Below, piece by piece: positions 37,434-46,911 of a stretch of DNA of 64,000 nucleotides. The notes beneath the pieces were generated by a model, which had not been told where the DNA came from, made no database searches, and worked only from the letters and a program-made list of their open reading frames with translations. Origin of the DNA: Alphaproteobacteria bacterium (GTDB taxonomy: Bacteria > Pseudomonadota > Alphaproteobacteria > MPNO01); assembly GCA_965205995.1 (NCBI GenBank), contig OZ242200.1, positions 2,073,071-2,137,070 of the forward strand. Direction: 5' to 3'. Each line of letters opens with the position of its first letter. Position 1 is the first letter of the stretch. A program made the position numbers and the translations under genes.

Positions 37434-38228
37434 ATGGCGGGCTTCGACAAGGTTTCGATCGAGACGCTCTTTCGCATCGACGGGGATAGCGCGCTGGTCA
37501 CCGGCGCCGGCGGCGGGCTGGGGCGGATCGCCGCGCTTGCGCTGGCGGGCGCCGGCGCGCATGTCGCGGTGACCGACATAGACGGGGCGGCGGCGGAGCG
37601 CGTCGCCGAAGAGATCCGCGAGGCCGGCGGCATCGCGCAGTCCTGGCAGCTCGACGTGGCCGACCGCAAGCGCATCGACGACGTCATCGACGCGGCGGCG
37701 GATCAGTTCGGCGGGCTTCGGATCCTGATCAACAATGCCGGGATCGCGCGGCGCGGCTCGACCGAGTCGTTGCCCGACGAGGACTGGGACGCGGTGGTCG
37801 AGGTCAACATGACCGCCCCCTTCGTCTGCGCGCGGCGGGCGGCGAAATACATGCTGGCCCAGGGCGAGGGGCGGATCGTATCGATCGCCTCGATCATGGG
37901 GTTCCGGGGCAACGCCTTCTTCCCCCACATCCCCTACCAGGCGACCAAGGGGGCGATCGTCAACATGACCCGCTCGCTGGCCGTCGAATGGGCCGGCCGC
38001 GGCATCCGCGTCAACGCGATCGCGCCGACCTTCTTCTACACCAATCTCGGCGCCGACATGCGCCAGAGCCGCCCCGAGGTGGTGGCCGAGATCGAGGCCA
38101 GGACGCCGCTCGGCCGGTTCGGCGAGCCCGAGGAGCTTGCGGGCGGCATCCTCTATCTCGCCAGCCCGGCCTCCTCGATGGTCACCGGCCACACGCTGGC
38201 GATCGACGGCGGTTGGCTCGCGGTCTGA
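37434..38228 (+). CDS. short-chain dehydrogenase/reductase
   Basis: TGAGGGLG, NNAG, YQATKGAIVNMTRSLA motifs. Confidence 0.85.
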   Translation: MAGFDKVSIETLFRIDGDSALVTGAGGGLGRIAALALAGAGAHVAVTDIDGAAAERVAEEIREAGGIAQSWQLDVADRKRIDDVIDAAADQFGGLRILINNAGIARRGSTESLPDEDWDAVVEVNMTAPFVCARRAAKYMLAQGEGRIVSIASIMGFRGNAFFPHIPYQATKGAIVNMTRSLAVEWAGRGIRVNAIAPTFFYTNLGADMRQSRPEVVAEIEARTPLGRFGEPEELAGGILYLASPASSMVTGHTLAIDGGWLAV

Positions 38229-38229
38229 C

Positions 38230-38802
38230 TCAGCCCTGGTTGAGCCCGGGCCGCCACAGCACATCCGCCGTCCCCCCCGCATTGGCCTCGCGCGCCAGCA
38301 CGAAGAGGAGGTCGGAGAGCCGGTTGAGGTAGGTGAGCGCGTTCGGGTTCACCGGCTCCCCGGCGGCCACCGCCCAGGCCGAGCGTTCGGCCCGCCGCGC
38401 CACCGTGCAGGCATGGTGGAGATGGGCCGCCGCGCTCGTGCCGCCGCGCAGCACGAAGGATTTCAGCGGATCGAGGTCGGCCGAGATCGCATCGATTTCG
38501 CGCTCCAGCCGCGCGACCTGCGCGGCGTCAATGCGGAGCGCCTTGCCTTCGTCCCCGGAACCGTCGCCCGGCGTCGAGATGTCGGCGCCCAGATCGAACA
38601 TGTCGTTCTGGATGCGGGCGAGGATCGCATCCGCCTCGCCGTCGCCGGCGTGCAGCCGCGCGAGCCCGATCGCCGCATTGGCCTCGTCGATGTCGCCGAT
38701 GGCGGCGGTGCGCGCGCCGTGCTTGCCGATCCGGGTGCCGTCGGAGAGCGATGTCTGACCGCGGTCGCCGCCGCCGGTATAGATTCGGTCGAGCTTGACC
38801 AT
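38230..38802 (-). CDS. PduO-type ATP:cob(I)alamin adenosyltransferase
   Basis: 190 aa; N-terminal IYTGGGDRGQTSL..GTRIGKH..R..AIGDIDEANAAIG is the hallmark of PduO/MMAB-type corrinoid adenosyltransferases. Confidence 0.85.
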   Translation of the reverse strand: MVKLDRIYTGGGDRGQTSLSDGTRIGKHGARTAAIGDIDEANAAIGLARLHAGDGEADAILARIQNDMFDLGADISTPGDGSGDEGKALRIDAAQVARLEREIDAISADLDPLKSFVLRGGTSAAAHLHHACTVARRAERSAWAVAAGEPVNPNALTYLNRLSDLLFVLAREANAGGTADVLWRPGLNQG

Positions 38803-38827
38803 TGCGCCTCCCCGGAGAAGCCCGGGC

Positions 38828-39598
38828 CTAGAGCATCACCTCTCCGCCGCAGCAGGCGATGCACTGGCCGGTGATGAACGCGCTGCCGGGCGAGGCCAGG
38901 AACAGCACCAGCCCGATCAGATCGTCGGGCGTCTGCCGGCGCTTAAGGATGCGGATCTGCTGGATGTGGCCGTGCAGGCCCTCGTCCATATTGGCGTGCT
39001 CGATCTCGGTCTCGGTATAGCCCGGCATGATGGCGTTCACGTTGATGTTGTCGTCGCCGAGCTCGCGCGCCATCGCCCTTGTCATGCCGACGATCGCGGC
39101 CTTCGAGGAGACATAGTGCATGAACCCGGGAACGCCCTGGGGAACGGTGCCGGAGGAAATGTTGACGATCCGCCCCTGCCCCGCCGCCTGCATCGCCGGG
39201 GTGACCGCGGCGGCACAGAGATAGGAGCCGGTGACGTTGACATGGATCACCCGGTTCCATTCCTCATAGGGGATTTCGTAGAACTTGCGGCGGGAGATGG
39301 TCGCGAAGATCGCGGCGTTGTTCACCAGCACGTCGATCCGGCCATGGGCGTCGAGCGTTTTGGCGACCATCGCCGCGACCGACTCGGGCGAACCGACATC
39401 GGTCTCGACAGCGAGCGGCTTCGCGCCCCGGTCGCGCAGCTCCGCCTCGACATTGGCGAGATTGTCCCGGTTTATCTCGGCGAGGATCGGAATCGCGCCC
39501 GCCTCGGCGAAGGCCAGGGCATATTCGCGGCCGATCCCCTGGCCGGCGCCGGTGACGATGACGACCTTGCCGTCCACGTCGAAACGATTGTCGGTCAT
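38828..39598 (-). CDS. short-chain dehydrogenase/reductase
   Basis: TGAGQGIG, NNAA, YVSSKAAIVGMTRAMA motifs. Confidence 0.85.
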   Translation of the reverse strand: MTDNRFDVDGKVVIVTGAGQGIGREYALAFAEAGAIPILAEINRDNLANVEAELRDRGAKPLAVETDVGSPESVAAMVAKTLDAHGRIDVLVNNAAIFATISRRKFYEIPYEEWNRVIHVNVTGSYLCAAAVTPAMQAAGQGRIVNISSGTVPQGVPGFMHYVSSKAAIVGMTRAMARELGDDNINVNAIMPGYTETEIEHANMDEGLHGHIQQIRILKRRQTPDDLIGLVLFLASPGSAFITGQCIACCGGEVML

Positions 39599-39628
39599 GG
39601 TTCCTCCGATCCCGGTCGCGGGCGCCCG

Positions 39629-40750
39629 CTACTCCGCGGCTTCGCGCCCGGCCTCATCCGTACGAACGGCGTAGAACCGTTCGGCGTTGCGGAACAGGAT
39701 CGCATCGCGGTCCTCGGCGCTCAACTCCGCGTGCTCGAAGATTTCCTCCAGGTGGTGCAGGCACTTCTCCGTGTTCACCTCGTGCGGAAAGTCCGAAGAA
39801 AACATGAAGGGGGCATTGCCCACCTTCTTGATCGCCGCCGCCAGCATGTACTCGTCGCCCTCGGCACCGACGAAGATCCGGCCGCCCTGCACCAGTTCGA
39901 GCACATATTCGCCCACCGACTGCCCCTGCGGGAGCTTGAGCAGCTCGCCCCGCCAGTCGAGCGGCACGAAATTGTCGTGCGAGGACTCGAAGCGCTCGAT
40001 ACAGAACAGCAGCCAGGCAACCCCGCCTTCGAGGAAGCCGACCCTGATGCCGGGGAAGCGGTCGAACACGCCGTTGAAGACCAGCCCGCCGAGGCCGATC
40101 ATCATCGCCAGCGGGTGTCCGATCGCATGCGCCGGGGCGAAGACGTTCATCTGGTCCATGCCGAAATTGATGTGGTTTCCGGCATGCACCGCGAGCGGAC
40201 AGCCGAGCCGTTCCGCCTCGGCATAGATGGGCCAGTATTCCTTGGAGCCCAGATTGCCCTTGACGCCGGTCCCGGACAGCATGGCGCCGGTCATCCTGAG
40301 CTCGCTCACGCAGCGCCCGAGCTCCTCGACCGCGGCATCGGGCTCCTGCATCGGGAGCAGCCCCATCCCCCTGAAGGCGTCGGAGCGCGCGACATAGGTC
40401 TCGGCGAGCCAGTCGTTATAGGCCCTGGCGACCGCGATCGCGTAGTCGGAATTGGCGACATGGCCCATCGTCAACCCGTTGGTGGGGAACAGCACCGCGC
40501 TTTCGATCCCGGTGGCGTCCATGAAGCGCATCCATTCCTCGACGCCGACATGCTTGCCGTCGCCGAAGGCCCCCGGCGGGTTGGTGCCGGTCGGGGTGTG
40601 GAGATGGCCGAGCGGCGGGAACCAGGGCTGGCCGGCGAAAATCCCGTGCGCGTATTTCCAGTCGCGGTAGATCTTGGGCATCCGCTTGCCCATCGCCTCG
40701 GCGTCTTCGAAGACATGGCCGTCGGCGTCGATGATTCGAATTTGTGTCAT
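39629..40750 (-). CDS. amidohydrolase-2 family protein (ACMSD-like decarboxylase/hydratase); intact paralog of the frameshifted gene at 16903..17993
   Basis: IIDADGHVFE N-terminal metal motif and FSSDFPH C-terminal motif. Confidence 0.85.
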   Translation of the reverse strand: MTQIRIIDADGHVFEDAEAMGKRMPKIYRDWKYAHGIFAGQPWFPPLGHLHTPTGTNPPGAFGDGKHVGVEEWMRFMDATGIESAVLFPTNGLTMGHVANSDYAIAVARAYNDWLAETYVARSDAFRGMGLLPMQEPDAAVEELGRCVSELRMTGAMLSGTGVKGNLGSKEYWPIYAEAERLGCPLAVHAGNHINFGMDQMNVFAPAHAIGHPLAMMIGLGGLVFNGVFDRFPGIRVGFLEGGVAWLLFCIERFESSHDNFVPLDWRGELLKLPQGQSVGEYVLELVQGGRIFVGAEGDEYMLAAAIKKVGNAPFMFSSDFPHEVNTEKCLHHLEEIFEHAELSAEDRDAILFRNAERFYAVRTDEAGREAAE

Positions 40751-40793
40751 GGAATTCCTCCGCTGGCGATTTCCCGGCGCCAGGCGCCCTGGC

Positions 40794-42107
40794 TCAGCGC
40801 ATGATCGCCGGGAGGATGGTGACGATCCCGGGGAAGATCATCAAGAGAGCAATCAGGACAAGCTGGATACCGACGATGGGGACCGCCGCGCGATAGATCT
40901 CGGCCATGCTCAAAGTAGGCTGAACGCCCTTCATCACGAATAGCAGGACACCGAAGGGGGGCGTGATCCCGGCGAGTTCGAGCTGCACCAGGATCAGGAT
41001 CGAGAACCAGATCGGATCGAGCCCGAGCGCCAGCACCAGCGGCATGAACACCGGGATCGAGACCATCATGATCGAGATCGTGTCGATGAAGCAGCCCAGC
41101 ACCAGCACCATGAGCTGCATGATGATCACCATCGCCAAAGGCGACAGGTCGAGCTCGGCCACCGCGTCGACCAGCGACGACGTCGTTCCGGTCGCGGCGA
41201 GGATTTGCGAGAACCCCGCCGATCCGACGATCACCAGCAGCATCATCGACGTCGTCGTGGCGGTCGAAATCATGGCGGCCTTCACCGCCTCCCAAGTGAG
41301 GCGGCGATAGCAGGCGGCGATGGCCATGGTCGCGACCACCCCCATGGCGGCGGCCTCCGACGGCGTCGCGATCCCCATGAAAATGAAGCCGGTGACGACG
41401 ATGATCAGGCTGAACAGCGGCGTGACCCGGAACAGGCTTGCCAATTTCCGCGCCAGCGTCATCGGCGGCGCGAGATAGGGCGGCGCGAGGTGCGGCTGCA
41501 GCCTGGCCCGCAAGGTGAAATAGGCGAAGTAGAGCGCCGCCAGCACCAGCCCCGGCAGCAGGCCGGCGAGCAACAGCTTGGCGATCGACACCTTGGCGAG
41601 GGCGCCGAGCAGCACGCCAAGCGCGCTGGGCGGGATCAGGACGGCGAGCCCGCCGCCGGCAAGGATCGCGCCGACCGAGAACTCCGAACGGTACTCGCGC
41701 TTGCCCATCTCCGGCACCAGCGTCGAGCCCAGCATGGCGACCGAGGCCATGCTGGCGCCGCTCAGCGCGCCGAACAGGGTGCCGCCGCCGACCGCCGAAA
41801 CCGCGAGACGGCCGGGCAGGCGCCCGATCCAGTGATCGGCGGCGTCGACGGTCATGTTGGCGAGCCCGGTGCGCATCAACAGCTCGCCCATCAGGATGAA
41901 CAGCGGGATCGGGATCAGCGCGAACTGGCCGACCGAGGAGAACGCGCTGGTCGCCAGCAAAGAGAGCGCGACCTCGCCGCCCATGAAGAAGTAGAGCCCG
42001 AGGATGTTGAGCGTAAGAAAGCCGAACGCGACCGGCATGCCGCTCGCCAGCACCACGGCCAGCAGGACGAAGAAGATCAGCAGCAAGAACGACCAGTCGA
42101 GCTCCAT
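40794..42107 (-). CDS. TRAP transporter large permease (DctM)
   Basis: 437 aa, start MELDWSFLLLIFF. Confidence 0.9.
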   Translation of the reverse strand: MELDWSFLLLIFFVLLAVVLASGMPVAFGFLTLNILGLYFFMGGEVALSLLATSAFSSVGQFALIPIPLFILMGELLMRTGLANMTVDAADHWIGRLPGRLAVSAVGGGTLFGALSGASMASVAMLGSTLVPEMGKREYRSEFSVGAILAGGGLAVLIPPSALGVLLGALAKVSIAKLLLAGLLPGLVLAALYFAYFTLRARLQPHLAPPYLAPPMTLARKLASLFRVTPLFSLIIVVTGFIFMGIATPSEAAAMGVVATMAIAACYRRLTWEAVKAAMISTATTTSMMLLVIVGSAGFSQILAATGTTSSLVDAVAELDLSPLAMVIIMQLMVLVLGCFIDTISIMMVSIPVFMPLVLALGLDPIWFSILILVQLELAGITPPFGVLLFVMKGVQPTLSMAEIYRAAVPIVGIQLVLIALLMIFPGIVTILPAIMR

Positions 42108-42118
42108 TGCGCCGCCCC

Positions 42119-42658
42119 TCAGGTTCCGCCGAGCGAGCCGCCGCTCCGGCCCCTCGCCCTCAGCGCGGCCTCGGGATCCGGCTCGCCGATATAGGTCAGC
42201 AGCCGCGCCGCGAAGGCGAGCGTCAGCAACGCGCTGCCGAACGGCACCGCGACATAGGGGTAGATGCGCGGGATGTTCCAGATCCGCGCCGTGCGCACGT
42301 CGTTCTGGGCGTACTCGACCGCCGCGATCCCGGTCCGCCAGGCGAGAATGGCGCAGACCACCAGCCCGACGACGGAAACCGCGACCCCGATCGCCCGCTG
42401 CGACCGGGGGCCCATGGCCTCGACCAGGATCTCGACCCGCACATGGCCGTCGCGAAGCAATATCCAGGGCGCGGCGAGGAAGGTCATCCAGACCAGGGAG
42501 TATTCGGACAGATCGAATGCCCAAGGCGAGGCCCAGCCGAACAGGTTCCGGGTGATCACGTCATAGGTGATCCAGAAGCTCATCGCGAGGATGAGAAAGG
42601 CGGATAGCCAGGCGAGCCACCGCATGGGCCGCTCGACCAGCCTGGCGAAGCGTCTCAC
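42119..42658 (-). CDS. TRAP transporter small permease (DctQ); start may be the internal Met at about 42625
   Basis: Four hydrophobic segments, placed directly upstream of dctM. Confidence 0.8.
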   Translation of the reverse strand: MRRFARLVERPMRWLAWLSAFLILAMSFWITYDVITRNLFGWASPWAFDLSEYSLVWMTFLAAPWILLRDGHVRVEILVEAMGPRSQRAIGVAVSVVGLVVCAILAWRTGIAAVEYAQNDVRTARIWNIPRIYPYVAVPFGSALLTLAFAARLLTYIGEPDPEAALRARGRSGGSLGGT

Positions 42659-42676
42659 CGTCTACACTCTCGACCC

Positions 42677-42787
42677 GTCCCTCGATGCGGCGCTTACGCG
42701 CCTACTCGGGATGAGGAAACAATTTACGGGCTCCCTCACCCTGAGTAGCCCCGGACTTGATCCGGGGCGTATCGAAGGGCGCCGTCC
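42677..42787. repeat. palindromic intergenic repeat, copy C, inserted between dctP and dctQ of the third TRAP locus
   Basis: Left arm gtccctcgatgcggcgcttacgcgcctactcgggatgagg. The right arm has the shared ends plus a nested hairpin ccccggacttgatccgggg. Confidence 0.8.
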
Positions 42788-43822
42788 CTAGGCCGCCGCC
42801 TTGTCGAACAGGGCTTTCAGCCGCGCGCCGTTCTCCGGCGACTGCTTGAGGATCTTGGCCCACAGCTTCTCTTCGGACAGGTCGACGAACCGCTTGGCGT
42901 CGGCCGGTGGCAGTTCGACGATTTCGAGCCCGTGCTTCTTCATCTGCGCGTGTTCGGCGTCGCGGGTCTCGATGCACCATTTCTCGCCGATCTTGTCGGC
43001 GGAACGCGACGCCTTGAGCAGGACGTCCTGAAGCTCGGTGGGAAGCTTCTTGAAGCTGTTCGGGTTCAGCAGCGTACAGGTCCGCAGCCGGTAGAAGGTG
43101 GGCGAGACGATGTACCTGGCGTGCTCGTAGAACTTGAAGTCGAGCAAGCCGATATCGGGCCAGCCGAGCCCGTCGACCACGCCGCGTTCCATCGAGGTAT
43201 AGGCCTCGGCCGGCGAAGTCGTGACCGGCACCGCCCCGAGAGCCTCCAGGATCGGATCGTAGAGCGGAACGGAGCGGATCTTCCTACCCTTGAAGGTCGA
43301 CAGATCGGTCGGTTTGAACCGGACCTGAAACAGATAGCCCACGCCGCTCATGGGAATACCGAGCAGCATGACGCCCCGCTTCTTCATCAGGACGTCGGCA
43401 TAGGCGTCGAGCACGCCGACCTCGCGCAAGCCGCTCGATCGAGGCGGTGCCGCTCGCCAGCGAAATCGACGACGGCATGGCGCCGGCGAAATAGGAGTTG
43501 GCCGAATGGCTCATGTCGAACACGCCCTTGGCGACTGCCTCGGGCGCATCGAAGCCGCTGACGACCTCGGAGCCGCCGGCGTATTCGATCTTGAGTTCGC
43601 CGCCCGACATCCGGTCGACCTCGGCGGCGAGGAAGTCGTAGCCTTTCCCCAGACCGACTTGCGGTTGATGATCGCGATATAGCGCAGCTTGTGTTTCGGC
43701 TTGGCGATCGCCGGGAATCCGGCGATGGCGCCGCTCGCGCCGATGGCAGCGGCGGCCGTCGTCTTGACGAACCTTCGCCGCGAAAGCGCGCTCCTTGTTT
43801 TCTCTGTCACCGTTTCCTCCAC
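42788..43822 (-). pseudogene. TRAP DctP-family solute-binding protein gene with two frameshifts (near 43426 and near 43680)
   Basis: TAT-type signal peptide (SRRRFVKTTAAAAIGASGAIAG) in one frame, DctP core (DFLAAEVDRMSGGELKIEYAGG...) in a second frame, and the C-terminal two thirds (REVGVLDAYADVLMKKRGV...KGRKIR...) in a third, all read directly. Confidence 0.7.
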
Positions 43823-43917
43823 ATTGTCGGTTTTCGTGGGCTGGCGAACGCCCGTTCGGGTGCTCCGCCCGAAATGTTAGATGATCGCCGGCGCCGGCTC
43901 CAGTCGGCGCGGTCGCC

Positions 43918-44672
43918 TCAGCGCCAGCCGCCGCCGCCATTGGCGTAGACCGTGTCCGCGGTCATGAAGGAACAGGCGTCGGAACAGAGGAACAGGACGA
44001 GCTCGCCGATCTCGTCGGGCGTGCCGAAGCGCTTCATCGGCACGTCGTCGCGCATGCTCCGGCGAGCTCGGGCGAGGTCGCGGCGGCGGCCTGGAACGGG
44101 GTGTCGATCGGCCCGGGCGAGATCGAGAGCGCGCGTATGCCGCGGTCCGCGAACTCGCGCGCGACCCCCATCGTCATCGTCACCACCGCGCCCTTCGCCG
44201 ATGCGTAGTGGACCGAATGCCCCGGCCCGCCGCGGCGATGCGCCATGCTCGCCATGTTGACGATCACGCCCGCGCCGCGTTCCAGCATATGGGGCAGGAC
44301 GGCCTGCATGGCATGAAAGGTGCCGTCGACATTGAGCGCGTAGGTGTCGCGCCAGAGCGCCGCGTCGATGTCGAGGAAGGGCGCGCGGCGGCCCGCCGCC
44401 CCGGCGCTGTTGAACAGGAAATCGATGCCGCCGAAGGCCGCGATCCCGGCGGCGACCGCCGTATCGACGGCGGCGCGTTCGGTGACGTCGGCGGCGACCG
44501 CGATCGCGTTCTTCCCCGCCGCCGTCTCTTCCGCGCCGGCGGCGTCGATATCCGCGGCGACGATATTGGCGCCTTCGCGCGCGAAGATCTCCGCCGTCGC
44601 CCGGCCGATGCCGCTCGCCGCGCCGGTGATCAGCACGGTCCTGCCGTGGAAATAATCGGGCGTCTTCGCCAT
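43918..44672 (-). pseudogene. short-chain dehydrogenase/reductase with a single-base frameshift at about 44061..44062 (GG where GGG would restore the frame)
   Basis: N-terminal and middle regions (ITGAASGIGRA, NSAG, YASAKGAVVTMT, ISPGPIDTPF) in one frame, and the C-terminus (RSMRDDVPMKRFGTPDEIGELVLFLCSD...GGGW) in the -1 frame. Start ATG overlaps the glnS stop. Confidence 0.7.
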
Positions 44673-46354
44673 CACCCCCCCTTCGCCTGGATCTTCGCCC
44701 ATGAATCGCGCAGCGCCACCACCCGGTTGAAGACCGGTCGGCCGGGGCGCGACTCGTCGTCCGGGCGGAAATAGCCCTGGCGCTCGAACTGGACCGGCGC
44801 ATCGCCGGGCCGGGCGAGCGCGGGTTCGAGCCGGCAGTCCTTGAGAACGACCAGCGAGAAGGGGTTGAGGTCGTCGAGGAAATCGCCGTCGGCGCCCGGC
44901 TCGGCCACGGAAAACAGATGGTCGTAGAGCCGGATCTCGGCCGGCATCGCGTGGGCGGCGGAGACCCAGTGGATGGTGCCGCGCACCTTGCGGCCGTCCG
45001 GCGCGTCGCCGCCGCGGGTCGCCGGGTCGTAGGTGCAGCGCAGCAGGGCGGGCTCGCCGTCCTCGCCCTTCTCGACACCGGTGCAGGTCACGAAATAGGC
45101 GTAGCGCAGCCGCACCTCGCGGCCGGGGCCCAGCCGGTGAAACTTCCGCGGCGGGTCCTCCATGAAGTCGTCCCGCTCGACCCAGATCTCGCGCGAGAAC
45201 GGGATTTCGCGGCTTCCGGCGCCCGGGTCGTTCGGGTTGTTGGGCGCCGGCAGCATCTCGGTCTCGCCCTCGGGCCAGTTCTCGATCACCAGCTTGAGCG
45301 GACGCAGCACGGCGAGCCGGCGCTCGGCGGTGCGGTTGAGTTCGTCGCGGATGCAATGGTCGAGCAGCGCCGGGTCGACCAGATTGTCGGCCCGCGCCAC
45401 GCCGATCCGCTGCGCGAAATCGCGGATCGCCGCCGACGGCACGCCGCGCCGCCTGAGCCCCGCCAGCGTCGGCATCCGGGGGTCGTCCCAGCCCGCGACA
45501 TGCCCCTCCTCGACGAGGCGGATCAGGCGCCGCTTCGAGAGCACGGTATAAGCGAGGTTGAGACGCGCGAACTCGTATTGCCGGGGGCGCGCCGGCACCG
45601 GCAGGTTGTCGATCAGCCAGTCGTAGAGCGGGCGATGGTCGGCGAATTCGAGCGTGCAGAGCGAATGCGTCACCCCTTCGATAGCGTCGGACTGGCCGTG
45701 CGCGAAATCGTAGGTGGGGTAGATGCACCAGTCCTCGCCGGTGCGGGGATGATGCGCGCGCAGAATCCGGTAAAGCACCGGGTCGCGCAAATTGATGTTG
45801 CCGGACGCCATGTCGATCCTGGCGCGCAGGACGCGGGCGCCCTCGTCGAATTCGCCCGCCCGCATCCGCCTCAGGAGGTCGAGGTTTTCCGCGGCCGGAC
45901 GATTACGAAAGGGGCTGTCGGTGCCGGGTTCGATCAGCGTGCCCCGCATGGCGCGGATTTCCCCGGCGCCCGAATCGTCGACATAGGCCCTGCCTTCGCG
46001 CACCAGATGCTCGGCCCATTCATAGAGCCGCTCGAAATGGTCCGAGGCGAAATGCAGATGCTCGCCCCACTCGTAGCCGAGCCAGCGCACATCCTCCTCG
46101 ATGGACTCGATGAACTCGGCCTCTTCCCGGGCCGGGTTGGTGTCGTCGAAGCGGAGATGGCAGCGCCCGCCGAATTCCCCGGCTACGCCGAAATTGAGCA
46201 CGATCGACTTGGCGTGGCCGATATGGAGATAGCCGTTGGGCTCGGGCGGAAACCGGGTGACCACCGTTCCGGTGCGCCCGGCGGCGATATCCTCCCTGAC
46301 GATGGCGCGGACGAAATCGCTCGGCGCGTCGTGCTCCGCCTCGGCAAGGGTCAT
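44672..46354 (-). CDS. glnS: glutaminyl-tRNA synthetase
   Basis: HIGH motif region PEPNGYLHIGHAKS and class I synthetase core, 560 aa. Confidence 0.95.
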   Translation of the reverse strand: MTLAEAEHDAPSDFVRAIVREDIAAGRTGTVVTRFPPEPNGYLHIGHAKSIVLNFGVAGEFGGRCHLRFDDTNPAREEAEFIESIEEDVRWLGYEWGEHLHFASDHFERLYEWAEHLVREGRAYVDDSGAGEIRAMRGTLIEPGTDSPFRNRPAAENLDLLRRMRAGEFDEGARVLRARIDMASGNINLRDPVLYRILRAHHPRTGEDWCIYPTYDFAHGQSDAIEGVTHSLCTLEFADHRPLYDWLIDNLPVPARPRQYEFARLNLAYTVLSKRRLIRLVEEGHVAGWDDPRMPTLAGLRRRGVPSAAIRDFAQRIGVARADNLVDPALLDHCIRDELNRTAERRLAVLRPLKLVIENWPEGETEMLPAPNNPNDPGAGSREIPFSREIWVERDDFMEDPPRKFHRLGPGREVRLRYAYFVTCTGVEKGEDGEPALLRCTYDPATRGGDAPDGRKVRGTIHWVSAAHAMPAEIRLYDHLFSVAEPGADGDFLDDLNPFSLVVLKDCRLEPALARPGDAPVQFERQGYFRPDDESRPGRPVFNRVVALRDSWAKIQAKGG

Positions 46355-46370
46355 CCGGCGCTCCGGACCG

Positions 46371-46907
46371 CTACAGCCACCACTGGATGACGTATTCGTA
46401 GGGCCCCTCGCGGTTGACCAGATCGACCCGCTGGAGGGCGATCCGGTAGCCGCCCGTCGTCTTCTTCAAATAGTGGCGGTAGCGGCCGGTGAAGTTGCGG
46501 ATGCCGTAGCGCAGATATTCCGCGCAGTGGAAGCGCGCGCGCACGACGATGTCGCCGTTGGGGTCCTCGGATTCGACGATGACGTTGGAGACGACATGGC
46601 AAAGCCGGTTGGGCGGGGCCTGGCTGTGCGCCTGCGGATGGGTGTTCCGGCGGATGCGCATCTTCATCATGTTGAGGTTTTCCCAGAAGATGTTGGGAAC
46701 CCCCTCGCCGTCGGGCTGGTCCTCGGTGACCGGCATCCAGTAATGGCCGTCCTCGGTGAACAGCGCGAGCCATTCGTCCCACCGCTTCTCGTCGAGGATT
46801 TCCGCCTGGCAATAGAGGAATCTTTCCACCGCGAGCTGGGTTTCGATGCTCACCTCGGCGGACGAGAACCTGTCGCCCGCCGCCAGCTTTTCCGCCGCTG
46901 CCCCCAT
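46371..46907 (-). CDS. ring-hydroxylating oxygenase beta subunit
   Basis: 178 aa SnoaL-like protein (DEKRWDEWLALFTEDGHYWMP) immediately downstream of the alpha-subunit gene. Confidence 0.85.
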   Translation of the reverse strand: MGAAAEKLAAGDRFSSAEVSIETQLAVERFLYCQAEILDEKRWDEWLALFTEDGHYWMPVTEDQPDGEGVPNIFWENLNMMKMRIRRNTHPQAHSQAPPNRLCHVVSNVIVESEDPNGDIVVRARFHCAEYLRYGIRNFTGRYRHYLKKTTGGYRIALQRVDLVNREGPYEYVIQWWL

Positions 46908-46911
46908 CGCC

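Noticed and set aside
44034-45728. 564-aa minus-strand ORF
   Set aside because: Its upstream two thirds overlap glnS out of frame. Only the distal part (SDR N-terminal/middle regions) is genuine
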